Below, one piece after another: positions 12,931-25,970 of a stretch of 64,000 bases of DNA; position 1 is the first letter of the stretch; each line of letters opens with the position of its first letter. The position numbers and the translations under genes were made by a program. Source of the stretch: the human T2T-CHM13v2.0 reference genome, Homo sapiens; assembly GCF_009914755.1 (NCBI RefSeq), contig NC_060932.1; one strand, given 5' to 3'. The notes beneath the pieces were generated by a model. It was given only the letters and a program-made list of their open reading frames with translations, was not told where the DNA came from and ran no database searches.

Positions 12931-13577
12931 GAGTGAGGATTCTGACGTACCTAGAATATTTGGATGACTGCTGCTTGAATGGATGGCCTTGAGACACCTG
13001 AAGACCCTGATGTGCCTTCTGAATCATACCACGATTCAATTACATCCATCATTTAACAACAACAACAACTCTAGAAGGTACTTATTTTGTAGATGTCATT
13101 ACATTCGTGTACGAGACTGGAGTCTGGAACAGAACCCCCGACTAACCTGTCATGCAGAAGGACAAACATAAACAGGCTTCGGGGTGTGAAGGAAATGTTC
13201 CAACAGCTGGGTTTGGCTCCTGACCCTGACCCGCCACATACTAGAATGTGATCCTAGCCAAGCGACCTAAAACTTTGAGTCCATATTCCTTATTGGTGAA
13301 ATGTGTATTACACTTCTCTCTTCAAAATTTGCTTCTGGTGTCACCTCCCCCAGGTAACCTCCTCCTACTCTTCTCCCAGCCTTGCCTGACAGCTCATCCC
13401 TGGGATGTCCCTCTCACCGAATGCTCACCTCCAGCATGCACATAGCTTCCCTTTTGCTATTTATCCGTGTGTCTCCTCCTCAAACTAGGAGTTCCTTCGG
13501 GTTCAGTACTGTGTCCTCAAAATGGTTTTCAAGACAGTTGCTTGTTCATGGTAGCTGCTCAAACAATAATTTAATGA

Positions 13578-13934
<357 letters not shown>

Positions 13935-13944
13935 AGCTCTTCAG

Positions 13945-14022
13945 CAATTACTGATATCCCAGGGCGCAACACTAGAGCTCTCCAGGTGATTCTAATATAC
14001 AGCCAGAGTTGAGAACCACTGT
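13945..14022. mobile_element. MER5-family hAT fragment
   Basis: ctccaggtgattctaatatacagccagagttgagaaccactg, a typical MER5 terminus. Confidence 0.7.
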
Positions 14023-14029
14023 GGTAGGG

Positions 14030-14215
14030 CAGTGGTTCTTAAAGTGTGGTCCTTAGACCAGTGCATTGGCATCTACCTGGGAATTTGTTAGAAGTGCAAC
14101 TCTTGAGTCCCACTCCAGACCTACCCAATCAGAATTCTGGGTCTCGGGCTCAGCTACATCTGTTTAATAAGTCCTCCAGCTGATTCTGATGCAGGCTAAT
14201 GTTTGAGAAACCTTG
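14030..14215. mobile_element. MER5A hAT DNA transposon
   Basis: cagtggttcttaaagtgtggtcc...ccactccagacctac...aatcagaa...ctgattctgatgca...gtttgagaaacc. Confidence 0.88.
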
Positions 14216-14223
14216 TTCTAGGG

Positions 14224-14618
14224 CAGGAACCAGCAATTATTTTTCTGTAAAGCGCCAGATAGTAAATATTTATGCTTTGTAAATCACTCGGTCTTTGTGA
14301 CAACTACTGAAGTCCGCTGTTACAGCAGGAAAGCAGCCATAGATGATATGTAAATATATGGATTTTTTTTTTTTGTTCCAATAAAACTTTCTTTACAAGA
14401 ACAGAGCCTAGGCCGGGTGCGGTGGCTCACGCCTGTAATCCCAGCTCTCAGGGAGGCTAAGAGGCGGGAGGATAGCTTGAGCCCAGGAGTTCGAGACCTG
14501 CCTGGGCAATATAGCGAGACCCCGTTCTCCAGAAAAAGGAAAAAAAAAAACCAAAAAAAAAATAAACAAAAGACAAAAAACAGAGCCTAGGCCCAGACCT
14601 TGGTTTGCCGATCACTGT
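14224..14618. mobile_element. MER58A hAT DNA transposon, interrupted by the BC200 retrocopy
   Basis: ttctgtaaagcgccagatagtaaatatt...gcagccataga...ttccaataaaactt; resumes gtttgccgatcactg. Confidence 0.82.
14411..14578 (+). pseudogene. BC200 RNA (BCYRN1) retropseudogene: Alu domain plus A-rich domain, lacking the unique 3' domain
   Basis: BC200-diagnostic cccagctctcagggaggctaagaggcgggaggatagcttgagcccagg...gacctgcctgggcaatatagcgagaccccgttctccagaaaaagg. About 1 difference in the first 120 nt from the BC200 sequence as I recall it. TSD AACAGAGCCTA at 14400-14410 and 14579-14589. Confidence 0.93.
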
Positions 14619-15617
14619 TCTAGGAGATGGAATTGGTCGGTCGTTGTTATGTAACAAGTCACCATGTAAGTGGCTTCCTATCCACTAATTTGAACCATTT
14701 ATTCTTACTGAAACATCTGTGGTTAGCTGATGTAGCCTAGGTTTGCCTGAGGGGAAGAAGTGGGGAAATACACCCCACCTTTAGGGATAACTATAAGTCA
14801 CATGGCAAAGAATGTAAAAAAGGGAAAAATGAAAGATGAAGAACTGAAATCAATAATTCATTCTATACCAGGGAGTAAGTGAAATAACACACTAAAAGTG
14901 CCCAGAAGTATCTGAGCATATGATCCATGCCTTGTGAATGCTGGCTATTGTTATTATTATAATTATTAATTATTATTCTTTATTTTGTATAATTCAAGGC
15001 TAGAAATTGGATGCAACTGTCCATTCTTTTGGGAAGGCTGTTTCAGACATCCTCAGTGATGAGTGTCACTTATCATTAGCACTTGTGACAACAGGTGTAC
15101 AGAGTTGTCCGTGCTAGCAGCCTGCTGTTGACAGAACAATTTGTTCTCAGTGCTGTGTGCTGTTTATTCACAGGAGGCCCCAGGACAGGCTTGTCATGTC
15201 ATGATCAGTTGCTGCTGAGAAACAGGCAAATCATTTCTGATAGCTGATGTTCAGTAGGGATGGGGAACTTAGATCCTGGTTTGAAAGAAGAAATGACTTG
15301 TTTGGAGCTCAAGTAACTGGATATTCTTAATTAAGGAGAGTATATTTTTGGTATGCCTTAGGGAAAAGAGGCACATGAAGAGGATGCAAATTGGCCTTAG
15401 AGATTTATTAGTAATGATTAACTTGGCAATGTATGTCCCGGGCTCAGTACAACTTCCATCATCCCGGCTCCTTCACTGTGGTTCCCATGTGCTCTGTGTA
15501 GACCCCTTGTGTCCGAATCACCTGGGGGATTAGCAACAGATACTCATTTCTGGGGTCTAACTCTAGAGTTTCTGACTTGGGAGTGTGAGGCGAGATGCTG
15601 GTTGTAAAATTTTTCTG

Positions 15618-15914
15618 TGCCGGGCGTGGTGGCTCACGCTTGTAATCCCAGCGCTTTGGGAGGCCGAAGAGGACAGATCACGAGGTCAGGAGTTCGAGAC
15701 TACCCTGGCCAAAAAAGTGAAACCCTGTCTCTACTAAAAATACAAAAATTAGCTGGACGTGGTGGTGGGTGCCTATAATCCCAGCTACTTGGGAGGCTGA
15801 GGCAGGAGAATCACTTGAACTCAGGAGGCGGAGGTTGCAGTGTGCCGAGATTGAACCACTGGGTGACAGAGCTAGACTCCATCTCAAAATAAAATAAAAT
15901 AAAAATAAATAAAA
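15618..15914 (+). mobile_element. Alu (AluSg/Sc-like) with a small right-arm deletion
   Basis: gccgggcgtggtggctcac...gatcacgaggtcaggagttcg...(AAAAT)n tail. Confidence 0.94.
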
Positions 15915-16489
15915 GCTTTTGGTACTTGTGATGAACCATCCTTAAGGATGGCACTGATCTCCCCATTTGTACACTTACATATATTTACACAATTTTACAG
16001 AAACTGAAATTCAAACTCACAGCGGATCAGAACTAGAGAGCTCTGACTTCCAAACTCTCAAAGGGTGAGGGCCATGTCTTATTCATCCTTGTATCCCTGG
16101 CAAGGTATCCTGAAGGAGTACCATATTGAACCCAGTGTTTACAGGGCCTTCGTTTCATGGGATTGGAGTTGGAACCCAGAATGGCAAAGTGATTCACCCA
16201 CAGGTGTGCCCCTGATGCAACTTAGGATTCTCTGAGTCCTCTACTGTCTCCTGCCCCTTGGAGTCTGGCCCTTCCAAGCTTCTCCTCGGGAAGGAAACTC
16301 CTGTGTATAAAACCCTCTGACATGTTAGACCTTGTGGTAGGTGATTTAAACCTGCGATTTCATTTTATTCTTCAAAAAATAAAATCTGTCAAATTGGGAT
16401 TATGAATTCCACTTTATGAAAGAGAAAATGTGCTGAAAGTCAGATGGCCAATGAGTGGTGGAGGCTGAATTCAAATTGAGGTTTGTTTG

Positions 16490-16680
16490 ATGTATGTAGT
16501 GACTGAAACGGAGCATGAGGCGGTGCTCCTGGGGGCCTGGTAATGTCCTGATTCTTGATCTGGATGTGGGCACCTCAGGAGAGAATTTCAGTGTGTAAAA
16601 ATTTATCACCATACACTTTGGCTTCCTGCACTCGTCTATGGGTGTTTCTCTTCAGTGACAAGGTACAAAAACAAATCCAT
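16490..16680 (+). mobile_element. Old L1 (L1ME/L1MC-like) 3' UTR fragment
   Basis: ggagcatgagg...ctggtaatgtcctgattcttgatctggatg...tgtaaaaatttatc. Confidence 0.6.
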
Positions 16681-16973
16681 GTGTGTCTGGTTTGCAAAAT
16701 CATGCTCTCCATTATCTCCTCTTGCTTTTTAAAAATAAGAGCTTAGTTCCTTCCCAACCAAGTTTTGGGACAGCTCCATGTGAAGTTACACAATGTGTAA
16801 AGGAACAGTCTGAGCTAGAACCCAGGTCTTTTTCTTCCTCAACCAATATCAACTGATACTCTTTTTTTCCCCACTAGTCACCTCTGGGGAAGCCCCAGCA
16901 GATGCCTCAATGTGAGTGTTTCTGGGATAGTACAGAAGACCATTTTACACAAGACTAAGAGGCTTTCATTATA

Positions 16974-17330
<357 letters not shown>

Positions 17331-17334
17331 TTAA

Positions 17335-18070
17335 AACAAACAGCGTTATTTAAGTGTGTATATTTTATACTTAAATTGAAAGTGTGTAGTTTGGTAAGTT
17401 TTGACATATGTCTACATCCATGAAATTAAGATAATGAACATGCCAATCACCCCCAGAATTTTCTTTTGCCCCTTTATAATCTCTTCTTCCAGGCTGTCCC
17501 TATTAACCTTCCTGTCCCCTCACCCCCAAGGCACCAATGTTCTGCTTTCTGTCACTGTGATATTAGTGATATTAGTTGTCACTTCCTAGAATTTTATATA
17601 CAAAGAATTAACCATCATATACTCTTTAGCATGTGATTTCTTTCACTCTGCGTAATTATTTTGCAATTCATCCATGTTGTAGCATGTATCAATCATTCAT
17701 TCCTTTTTGTTGCTCTGTGGTATTCCATTGTATGTATGTACCATGATTTGCAGATCCATTTGTCTGTTGTTGGATATATGGATTGTTTCCAGTTTTTGGT
17801 TATCTCAAACAAAGTTGCTATGAGCCTTCTTGTACAAATTTTTGTTGGACATATGCTTTCATTTGTGAAAATACCCGAAAGTAGAGTGGCTGGATCATGT
17901 GGTAGGTGGATGTGTAACTATTTAAGAAGCTGCCAAGCTGTTTTCCGAAGTGGTTGTACCATTTTACATTTCCACTCACAGTGTAGGAGAGTTACAGTTT
18001 CTCTACACCCTTGCCAATGCTGAATATGGTTAGTCTTTCCCATGTTAGCTATTCTAATAGGTATGTAGTG
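17335..18070 (-). mobile_element. Old L1 (L1MC/MD-like) 3' fragment
   Basis: ttcatccatgttgtagcatgtatc...tattccattgtatg...gctggatcatgtggtagg...tggttgtaccattttacatt. Confidence 0.85.
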
Positions 18071-19009
18071 CAGACTTCTGCAGTTCTTTGGGCAGCTCTT
18101 TTCTGTCTCGTTCCGGGGTCTGTGAGCTCCAGCTACATTGTTCTACTTGGACTCACCTTTGTCTCCCCAACTCAGCCTGCCTGCTGGGCTCTGCCTAGAT
18201 CCCACTCCCTGTGCTGAGACCTGGAAAAATTCTCGAGGTGGTCATCTGGGGCAATCATAGGACTCACCTGAGCTAGAACCCCCAGCCTTTGCCTTTCCAG
18301 TCAACATTCTTTATATTTCCATACCATGCCTCAGGTATGTGTTATTGTCCTTTGTTGCCTGACGTCAAGTGTTTTCCAAACTATTGTTCATATTTTGTCC
18401 ATTTTTTTTTTGTTAGGTGAAAAGGCAGATCTCATCCCTGTTACTCCAATTTGGCCAGAAATAGAAGTTTCCTCTACTTCCAGGGTTTTCAAATCTCTCA
18501 GGCTCTCAGTGGAGATGACTCCAGTTTCCCTACTGCACAAAGGTATCCATGACTCACAAACTTTTAGAGCCCTTTGTATGCAATGAGAGTTCAAAGCTTA
18601 TACTAAGTGATTATACTCTTAGGATGAAATGCAAGCATCCACCTGTGGGTATGCTAATTCTTGCCCAATCTGGTTTATGAAAACGAACAAATAAACAAAA
18701 AAAAACAGAAGCAGCTCATGAATTTAACAAAGGCAGCTAACACTAATGATTAAGTAAAGCTGTATTGGGTACCACTTTTTTTTCCCAGATGTTGTATTAG
18801 ACTATGAAGATCTAAACATGAATAATGACTGTATTCAGTGAGCTCATATTCCACTGGCTATAAAAATTCATGGATAAGTAATTACAATCTAGTTTTAGAA
18901 GTATAAGGATTTGAGTAGGTGTTAGGGTGGTTCTGTGGACTAAGAGCTGAGCAATCTGCTCAGTGCGGTCAGTCAGAGACCCTAACTGATGGTGCTTATG
19001 CTATCTACC

Positions 19010-19270
19010 TCCCAAAGGTGGCTCTGGAGACCACCCTGGTATCTATCCCAGTGACCTAGAAGGAATAGAACATGAAGGAGGTCACCCAACGGAGGTTTAT
19101 AAGGGCCAGGTCAGGAAGTGGTGCCTATCTCATCTGCTCCTTTCCCACTGGGTAGAGCCCAGCCATGTGACCACACCTAACTACAAGGAAGAAGGGGAAA
19201 TGTAGTCAATCTCTGTGCCCAGGAGCAAGAGGAAACAGATTTCAGTAACCTGTTCACAGAGTCTGTCAGA
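19010..19270 (-). mobile_element. Old MaLR LTR fragment (MLT1J/K/L-like)
   Basis: ggaagtggtgcctatc...catgtgaccacacctaactacaagg...gggaaatgtagtc. Confidence 0.65.
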
Positions 19271-19744
19271 TTATGGATTTCTCTAATGTTAGTTTGAAAA
19301 ATTTACTTTTTTCTAAGCTATTTGTTGCAGTGAATCTTACACAGCATTTGATGGGGGGGAACCATCACTGTCATGTGCATTTGACATTGGCATGTGGCAT
19401 TTCTGAACTCAGAGGTGTGAGGAAGGGAGCAAGCGGAGTATAACCCTGTGTCCAGCTGAGCTGCAGGAGTAGGAATGTGGGGCACACCTGTTTCCCACCT
19501 TTTACAGCCATCCGGAATTAGAAGCTTGCCACAAAGGAAGAGTGAGGACCTTTAGTGACGTGGCATTGAAGCCTCATCAGGGCAAAGTAACAAAACCAGA
19601 GTCCAGAGAGACAGCAGTCCCCAAATCAGCCCTGTGCTTCAGTATATGACAGAGGCAAAGCAGTTATATAGTTATCCCAAACTCTGACTTTAGGTCATTT
19701 TTGGGTCTTGTCTATCTAGCATGTCAAACTAACATGTTATAGAT

Positions 19745-20270
<526 letters not shown>

Positions 20271-21159
20271 TCCATGACAGCAATTACTGTCAGTAAATTG
20301 GGAATTATAATTCCTGTCTTGCAGAGGTTTATGAGGATCAGTGGGAGAATGTCACAGAGCCTGATCACAGAGCAGGCATTCAATAAATAGTTGTAATTAT
20401 TATGGCAGTATCACTGGCCACATACACCAGCAAGGCCTAAGATGCCCCAGGGGACACTCGGAGTAGGACCCAGAGATGGTGTTCACATATGGTATGTTGG
20501 TGGCTGATTCGTGGTGAGGAGCAGAGAAGACAGTTATTAATATCAAAAGGAAGAAATGAATTGAAGTGTCTTTCAATGGTGACTAGTACACAGCTGAGGT
20601 CCCAGGAGGTCTAGAATGGTCCTAGCCATTTCCTCAATCAAAGTTACTCAGCTTACTATATTTTCAGGTTGTCTTCTCAAAGACCAGTGCAGTGGATTTT
20701 CTTCTTCATCTTCCCATCAGCTTCCTCCAACTTGTGTTATTCTTCTGGGCCTAGCATCCTGTCACCGGCACTATTGTCACTGGAAGTAGTTCCCTGCATT
20801 GTCTGGCTCTTTATCCTCATAAAAATCCTATGCTTGTCACTCCATATCCAGCTGAAATGCTACTGCCTTTTTGAAATCCTTCTTGGTACTCCTGCAGATA
20901 CAGTCCATTGCCATATCCCACGGTGATTTAGACATAGCCTTGTTGTGATACTCACCACCTTATATTAAAGTCATTTGTTTATGTGCCTGTCTCCCCAATA
21001 AGCTAGTGGCCCTGCCACTTTAACTGCAGAGTTCCTCGTCCTAGCTTGATGCATTCATGCATTAGGTGCTCACTCACTGTGTGTTAAAGACATTTGTGGA
21101 ATGTTCCCATTGCACCTGGAGCAAGAGAGTGAACAAGAGTGGTCACGACACCATGTCCA

Positions 21160-21800
21160 GGCAATATCAGGTCCTCCTATCCTTACCTCCAAAATATACT
21201 CTACTCCACTCTCTTCTTCCCATATGTATCACTCTCACTCTGTTTCAATCAATTCATTCTCCATCATCTCACACCTCCACTCATTCTTTTCTCTACAGCA
21301 GCCAGACCTTCTTCATAAGTATACATTATGTACTTCTTGAGTTAAACCCTCCAATTGTCAACATATCATACTTGGAATGACATCCCAACATCTTACTGTT
21401 TCTCATAAAGCTGAGCACTCTCTGACTTTCTGACCTCTCCAGCCACGGAGGTTTCCTTTCCCTTCATCTAACACACCAAGCTCTTTCCTCCCCTTGCTCT
21501 TGGCAAGGCTGGCTCCTCCTTGCCATTCAAGTCTCAGCTCGGATGTTGCCTTTTCAGAGAGGCTGTCCTTGATTACCTAATCTAAAGTCATACCACACTT
21601 TCTCACCTCACCCTTTTATATTTTTTTCAACATTTGACAATATATGACTTCATCTTGTTCATTTCCCTGTTGACTTGTTTATCACCTATCTCCTCCACTT
21701 GAATCAAAGTTCATTCTGCAAGAGACCTTATTTTAATCATGGTTGTATTGCCATGGTGTCTAGAACAATGTCCGGCACACAGTATATACTGAATTAGTGT
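21160..21800 (+). mobile_element. L2 LINE fragment
   Basis: ggctggctcctcc...ttcaagtctcagctc...ttcagagaggc...tctagaacaatgtccggcacacagta. Confidence 0.7.
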
Positions 21801-22357
21801 AGGTACTTTTTTAAGGATTTTATCATTCTACATTTCTTTACATTAGGATCTCGGGTAGAACTGTATGTCTTAGGGGCTCAAAGGCTGAGTAGATGCTAGG
21901 CTTCCAAGCCAAAATGCAGAGTATTGAATTCTGCTAATGCAAGAGTTATTTTTTGAATTATCAACAGCTTTAAGTCCCATAAAAACAGTGCATGAATGAA
22001 CAAGCAATAACTACACCAGACAAATGTTCTAATCTTGTATGAGTTGTGTTCTAGCAGAAAATGGCTCCTTCAATGTACTGAGAATACATTTTTCCCTGAG
22101 CACTGGTCTTTGGGGACAATTTGCAGAAGGCAAACTAGTAAAGAGACAAAACCAGTGTGGCAGCTTGACTCTGTGGTTATGTTTCAGCAGAGTGAGAAGT
22201 GAGGCTCATTGGTGCACTGAAACTGACTCATTGGTTCATAAGAGCCTATTATGCTCACATCTTCCCAGCTCCTCATGTCGCTAACATGAAATGAACATGG
22301 TGAAAGTGTTTATGTCCTGGAAACTGGCAGTGTTACAAATCAGGGCTTTGAAGAAAT

Positions 22358-22390
22358 TGTGTGTGCGTGCGTGTGTGTGTGTGTGTGTGT
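22358..22390. repeat. (TG)n microsatellite with CG interruptions
   Basis: tgtgtgtgcgtgcgtgtgtg... alternating purine-pyrimidine. Confidence 0.95.
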
Positions 22391-23164
22391 TTGAAGTGCT
22401 GTTTCACTAGTACACAATTACAAATCTTCATTGTGTTTTGGTCCTGGGGAATGGGAAAGAATGAGGGGGCAGTGGATGGCTGGGCAGGACTCAGGATTTC
22501 TAGGTGCTGTGGTGACTGACAATATTAGCTAAAGTGCTTTATACACACACATAAGCACCCAAGCACCTATTACCTAAGAGTAATTGCAGCATTTTATTCT
22601 GAAGCAAATGCTTGGCTGTCATTCTGATTAAGCCACTAAGAGGTTGTTTCTGCAGAGGCAGGCTGGGTGACAGTTCTGTAGGGCTTATAAAGAAATGAAG
22701 CTTAGACTTTTTCAAGGAGTTGGTAATCCCTCTGGCTCCAGGATGATTTTTTTCCCCCACTTCAGACGCAGAATATAGAGGTTTGAAAATTTTTATCCCT
22801 GTGATTGTGACAGATTGTAGTAGAAAAAGCACTGGAGGGGGAGTCAGGCATCCTACAAAACACCTGGATGACATTGGACAAGTCAGTTAATTTTTCTTAG
22901 CCTCTGCTTTAGTATCTATAAAATAGAAAACATGATCTGACCTGAGAACTCATTGAATAAAGATGAAGATTTTGCAAACAGGCATGGAGCCCATTGGGAT
23001 GCCCATAAAACATTAAGATATGAAATAGTGAGGGGTGTGACTGAGACTCCTGGAGAGTATAAGAGAGATACTGAGAAAGTCTTTGAGGAAGCTGGAACAT
23101 AGACAGATATCAAACTGGTCTCTATAAATCTTGGTGAAGTCTCTGATAGATCACAGGCTTATCA

Positions 23165-23725
23165 AACAAGTTAATTCCTGCTATTTGTTGCTATAAAATA
23201 AACCACCCCAACCTTAGTGGTATAAAACAACACCCATATATTATGCTCACAGATTCTTCAGGATTCCATGGATTTGAACAAAGCACAGCAAGAATAGCCT
23301 GTCTGTGCTGCAGGCTATCTGGGGCTTCAGCTAGGAAGACTTGAATGGCTGGGGATTGTTCAAATAACTGAGGGGTGGGATTTCTCTACTAGGTTAACTG
23401 GAAGCCAGAAATCAATTGGAACTGGCTACCAGGTGCCTACAGATGGCCCTTAGATGTAGCTTGAGCTTGCTTCAAGCATGGTGGCTTCAAGATGGTCATA
23501 CTTCCCACATGGCTGTTTAGAGCTCCAAAATGAAGTGTTCCAGCAAACAAGGCAGAAGAACATGACCTTTTATCACCCAGCTTTAAAAGTCACACAGTGT
23601 CATTTATGTTCTACTCTATTAGTCAAAGCTATCCTAAACCTGCCCAGATTCGAGGAGAGGGAATATAGACTCCGCTTCTCCATGGGAAGACAGTTTAAGA
23701 ATTTGCAGCCATTGTTTTAAAATCA
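23165..23725 (-). mobile_element. MaLR solo LTR (MLT1G/H-like)
   Basis: aaaccaccccaaccttagtggtataaaacaac...atctggggcttcagctaggaagact...aagtcacacagtgtca...aatttgcagcca. Confidence 0.75.
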
Positions 23726-25279
23726 ATGAGCTAAAAGTCTTCTTGAAATAATAGGAGTTATTAATAAAAGTAAGTTGTGTGCAAAAAGTAATAATAAAAA
23801 TAATGACAATGATACAATGATAGCTCACACTGTAGTGTTTATGTATGCTAGGAACTGTTTTATATACTTTAATTTACCCAATCCTCATAGTAATCCTAAA
23901 AGATAGAAGCATGGAGAGGTGAAGTCACTTGGTCAAACTCACACTGTGAGTGATTGACAGAGTAGGAATAGCAGCAACTAACGTGTATCAGGCACTTACC
24001 ACGTGCAGGCACTCTGCCACACACTTTTCATGGATTGTCTTACTTAATTCTCAAAAGAATCCCATAATGTAGGTATATTATTTCTACTACCTTATGGGTG
24101 AGAAAACTGAGGCCCAGTGAGTTTAAATCATACAGTTAGGAAGAATTTAATTCTCAACACTGCCTTCCCCCAAAGCCTTGTGCTCAGCATGTATGCAACG
24201 TAAGAACCCACAAAGGAGAGCAAGTGAAGGGCCTGGGAGCAATGCTGCTGGGGCTGCTGGTGGAGCAGGGTTTAGACAGAGGAGTTCAGTGCTTTGATGG
24301 AAATGAAGGAGGAGAGTATTCTGAGATGAGATGATAATAACTCTATGTCTCTGACTGTGTGTTGTGTGTGTGAAAAAGAAATCTCAACTCAATCTAGCAC
24401 ATGTTGATGATGCTCATCTGGTGTGTCCATCCTTGTTCCAGTCTCCATGACGAAGGCAGAGGAGCATCGTCCAGGGGATACCTGACCTGCACCTACTCAT
24501 CCCTTCACAGGGCTCAGCATGTTTGTATTTCTGTACATTCTCCTGTTGAATCTTCTAGAGTCTCAAGGTTTGGCTATTAGCATCTTCATTTTACAGACAA
24601 GGAAATGGAAGCCTGGAGATGCAAGATGAGCAATATGAAGTTAATATGAAGTTACTCAATATGAAGATCAGAGCTCAGGCAAGACAGACCTTCGTCGTTG
24701 TGCCACTCCAACCCCCTCATGAGATCCAAAGAGATGAGATGATTTGCTCCAAGTCAGCACAGACAGAGGCAGAGTATGCACCAGAACCCAGGTTTCTTGA
24801 TTCCAGCTGTTCATTCATCTCACTCATCATTTCAAACACATCTAGATTGCAACCTGCTTTTGGAGGCCTTCCCACCCCTCGATAGACCAGAGAAGTTAAA
24901 CATTTCTATAACAGGGAAGCATCTTCCAAGCTCTTGTTGTTACTCTTATTACCCTCTATTGCCATGTATTTCTTATTCCTATGTGGCAATGAGGACAGGA
25001 GTTGAGTAGGTGCAGGTCATGTCTCCTCTGGACGATGATCCTCTGCCTTCTTCATGGGGACTAAAACCAGGATGGACACACCAGGTGAGCATCTTAAACA
25101 CTTACTGGATTGAGTTGAATTTTCTTTTAAACACTGCATCCTAATATCTCCACAGAACCCAAGAATAGAAGGTGCTTAGCAAATATTGGCTAAATGAATG
25201 ATAGGATGAATCCATGAGTAAACAGACTAGGGTAAACAAATCTGGTCGAACAAAAGGGAACTGAGGGGGTTATCTTTGA

Positions 25280-25700
25280 AATATGACTCAGAGTCAGAGA
25301 GGCAGAGAGAAGAGCAAGAACATTCCTGATGGGGACCACTTCGGGAGCAAAGGCCAAAGGCCACATGGGGCTCCTGATATGGGCATCCTAGAACAAAACT
25401 GCAGCCATTTGCATCTTAGTTTGAAACGAGGCTGGAGATGGAAGCAGGGAGCCACAACGGGTCTCAGAAATGTCAGATAGCATGGGCACTGTTCTACTTG
25501 TATCTGGGGCTGCTGCTGGTTTAGCTTCCTCTTTGATCTGGAAGTCACCATGCTGAATCATGCCTCAGTCACTGGCAGCCTGGATTCCCCTTCATAAGCA
25601 CTGGTATTCTAGAACCGCCCCCCCCACCCTTTAAAAGCAGACACCTCAGCTGCAATTCCCTGCTTAATTAAGGAGTGAGTCAGGGTGGTGGCTTAAGACA
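25280..25700. promoter_or_regulatory. Candidate enhancer or promoter (AP-1 x2, ARE-like, TCF/LEF, GC/CACCC box, TATA-like)
   Basis: TGACTCA 25284, CTTTGAT 25531, TGCTGAATCAT 25551, CCGCCCCCCCCACCC ~25615-25629, TTTAAAA 25630, TGAGTCA 25676; motif-only inference. Confidence 0.4.
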
Positions 25701-25774
25701 CAATTTCCACTGTGCTCCATGCTCCCTTCCTCTTCTCTCCCTCCAATGTTATTTCAAGCACATAAACTCACAAG

Positions 25775-25970
25775 GCTTTGTGAGGAGTGGAAAGAATGTG
25801 GGCTCTGAGCTACCAGACCTCCTGGAAAATCCCAGCTCTGTAGTTCACTAGCTATGGGACCCTGAGCAGAGACCACATCTACTCTGGGTCTCAGTTTCCT
25901 CAACATAATGTAGGGTTGTTGTGAGAATAGAATGGTGTTAAACATAAAGGACTTTGCAGAAAATTTGGGG
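25775..25970 (+). mobile_element. MIR SINE
   Basis: gtggaaagaatgtgggctctgag...aatcccagctctg...ctcagtttcctca...gggttgttgtgagaat. Confidence 0.75.

Noticed and set aside
14411-14578. Possibility that this is the functional BCYRN1 gene
   Set aside because: It lacks the unique 3' domain and terminator, has a TSD and sits inside MER58A, all marks of a retrocopy.
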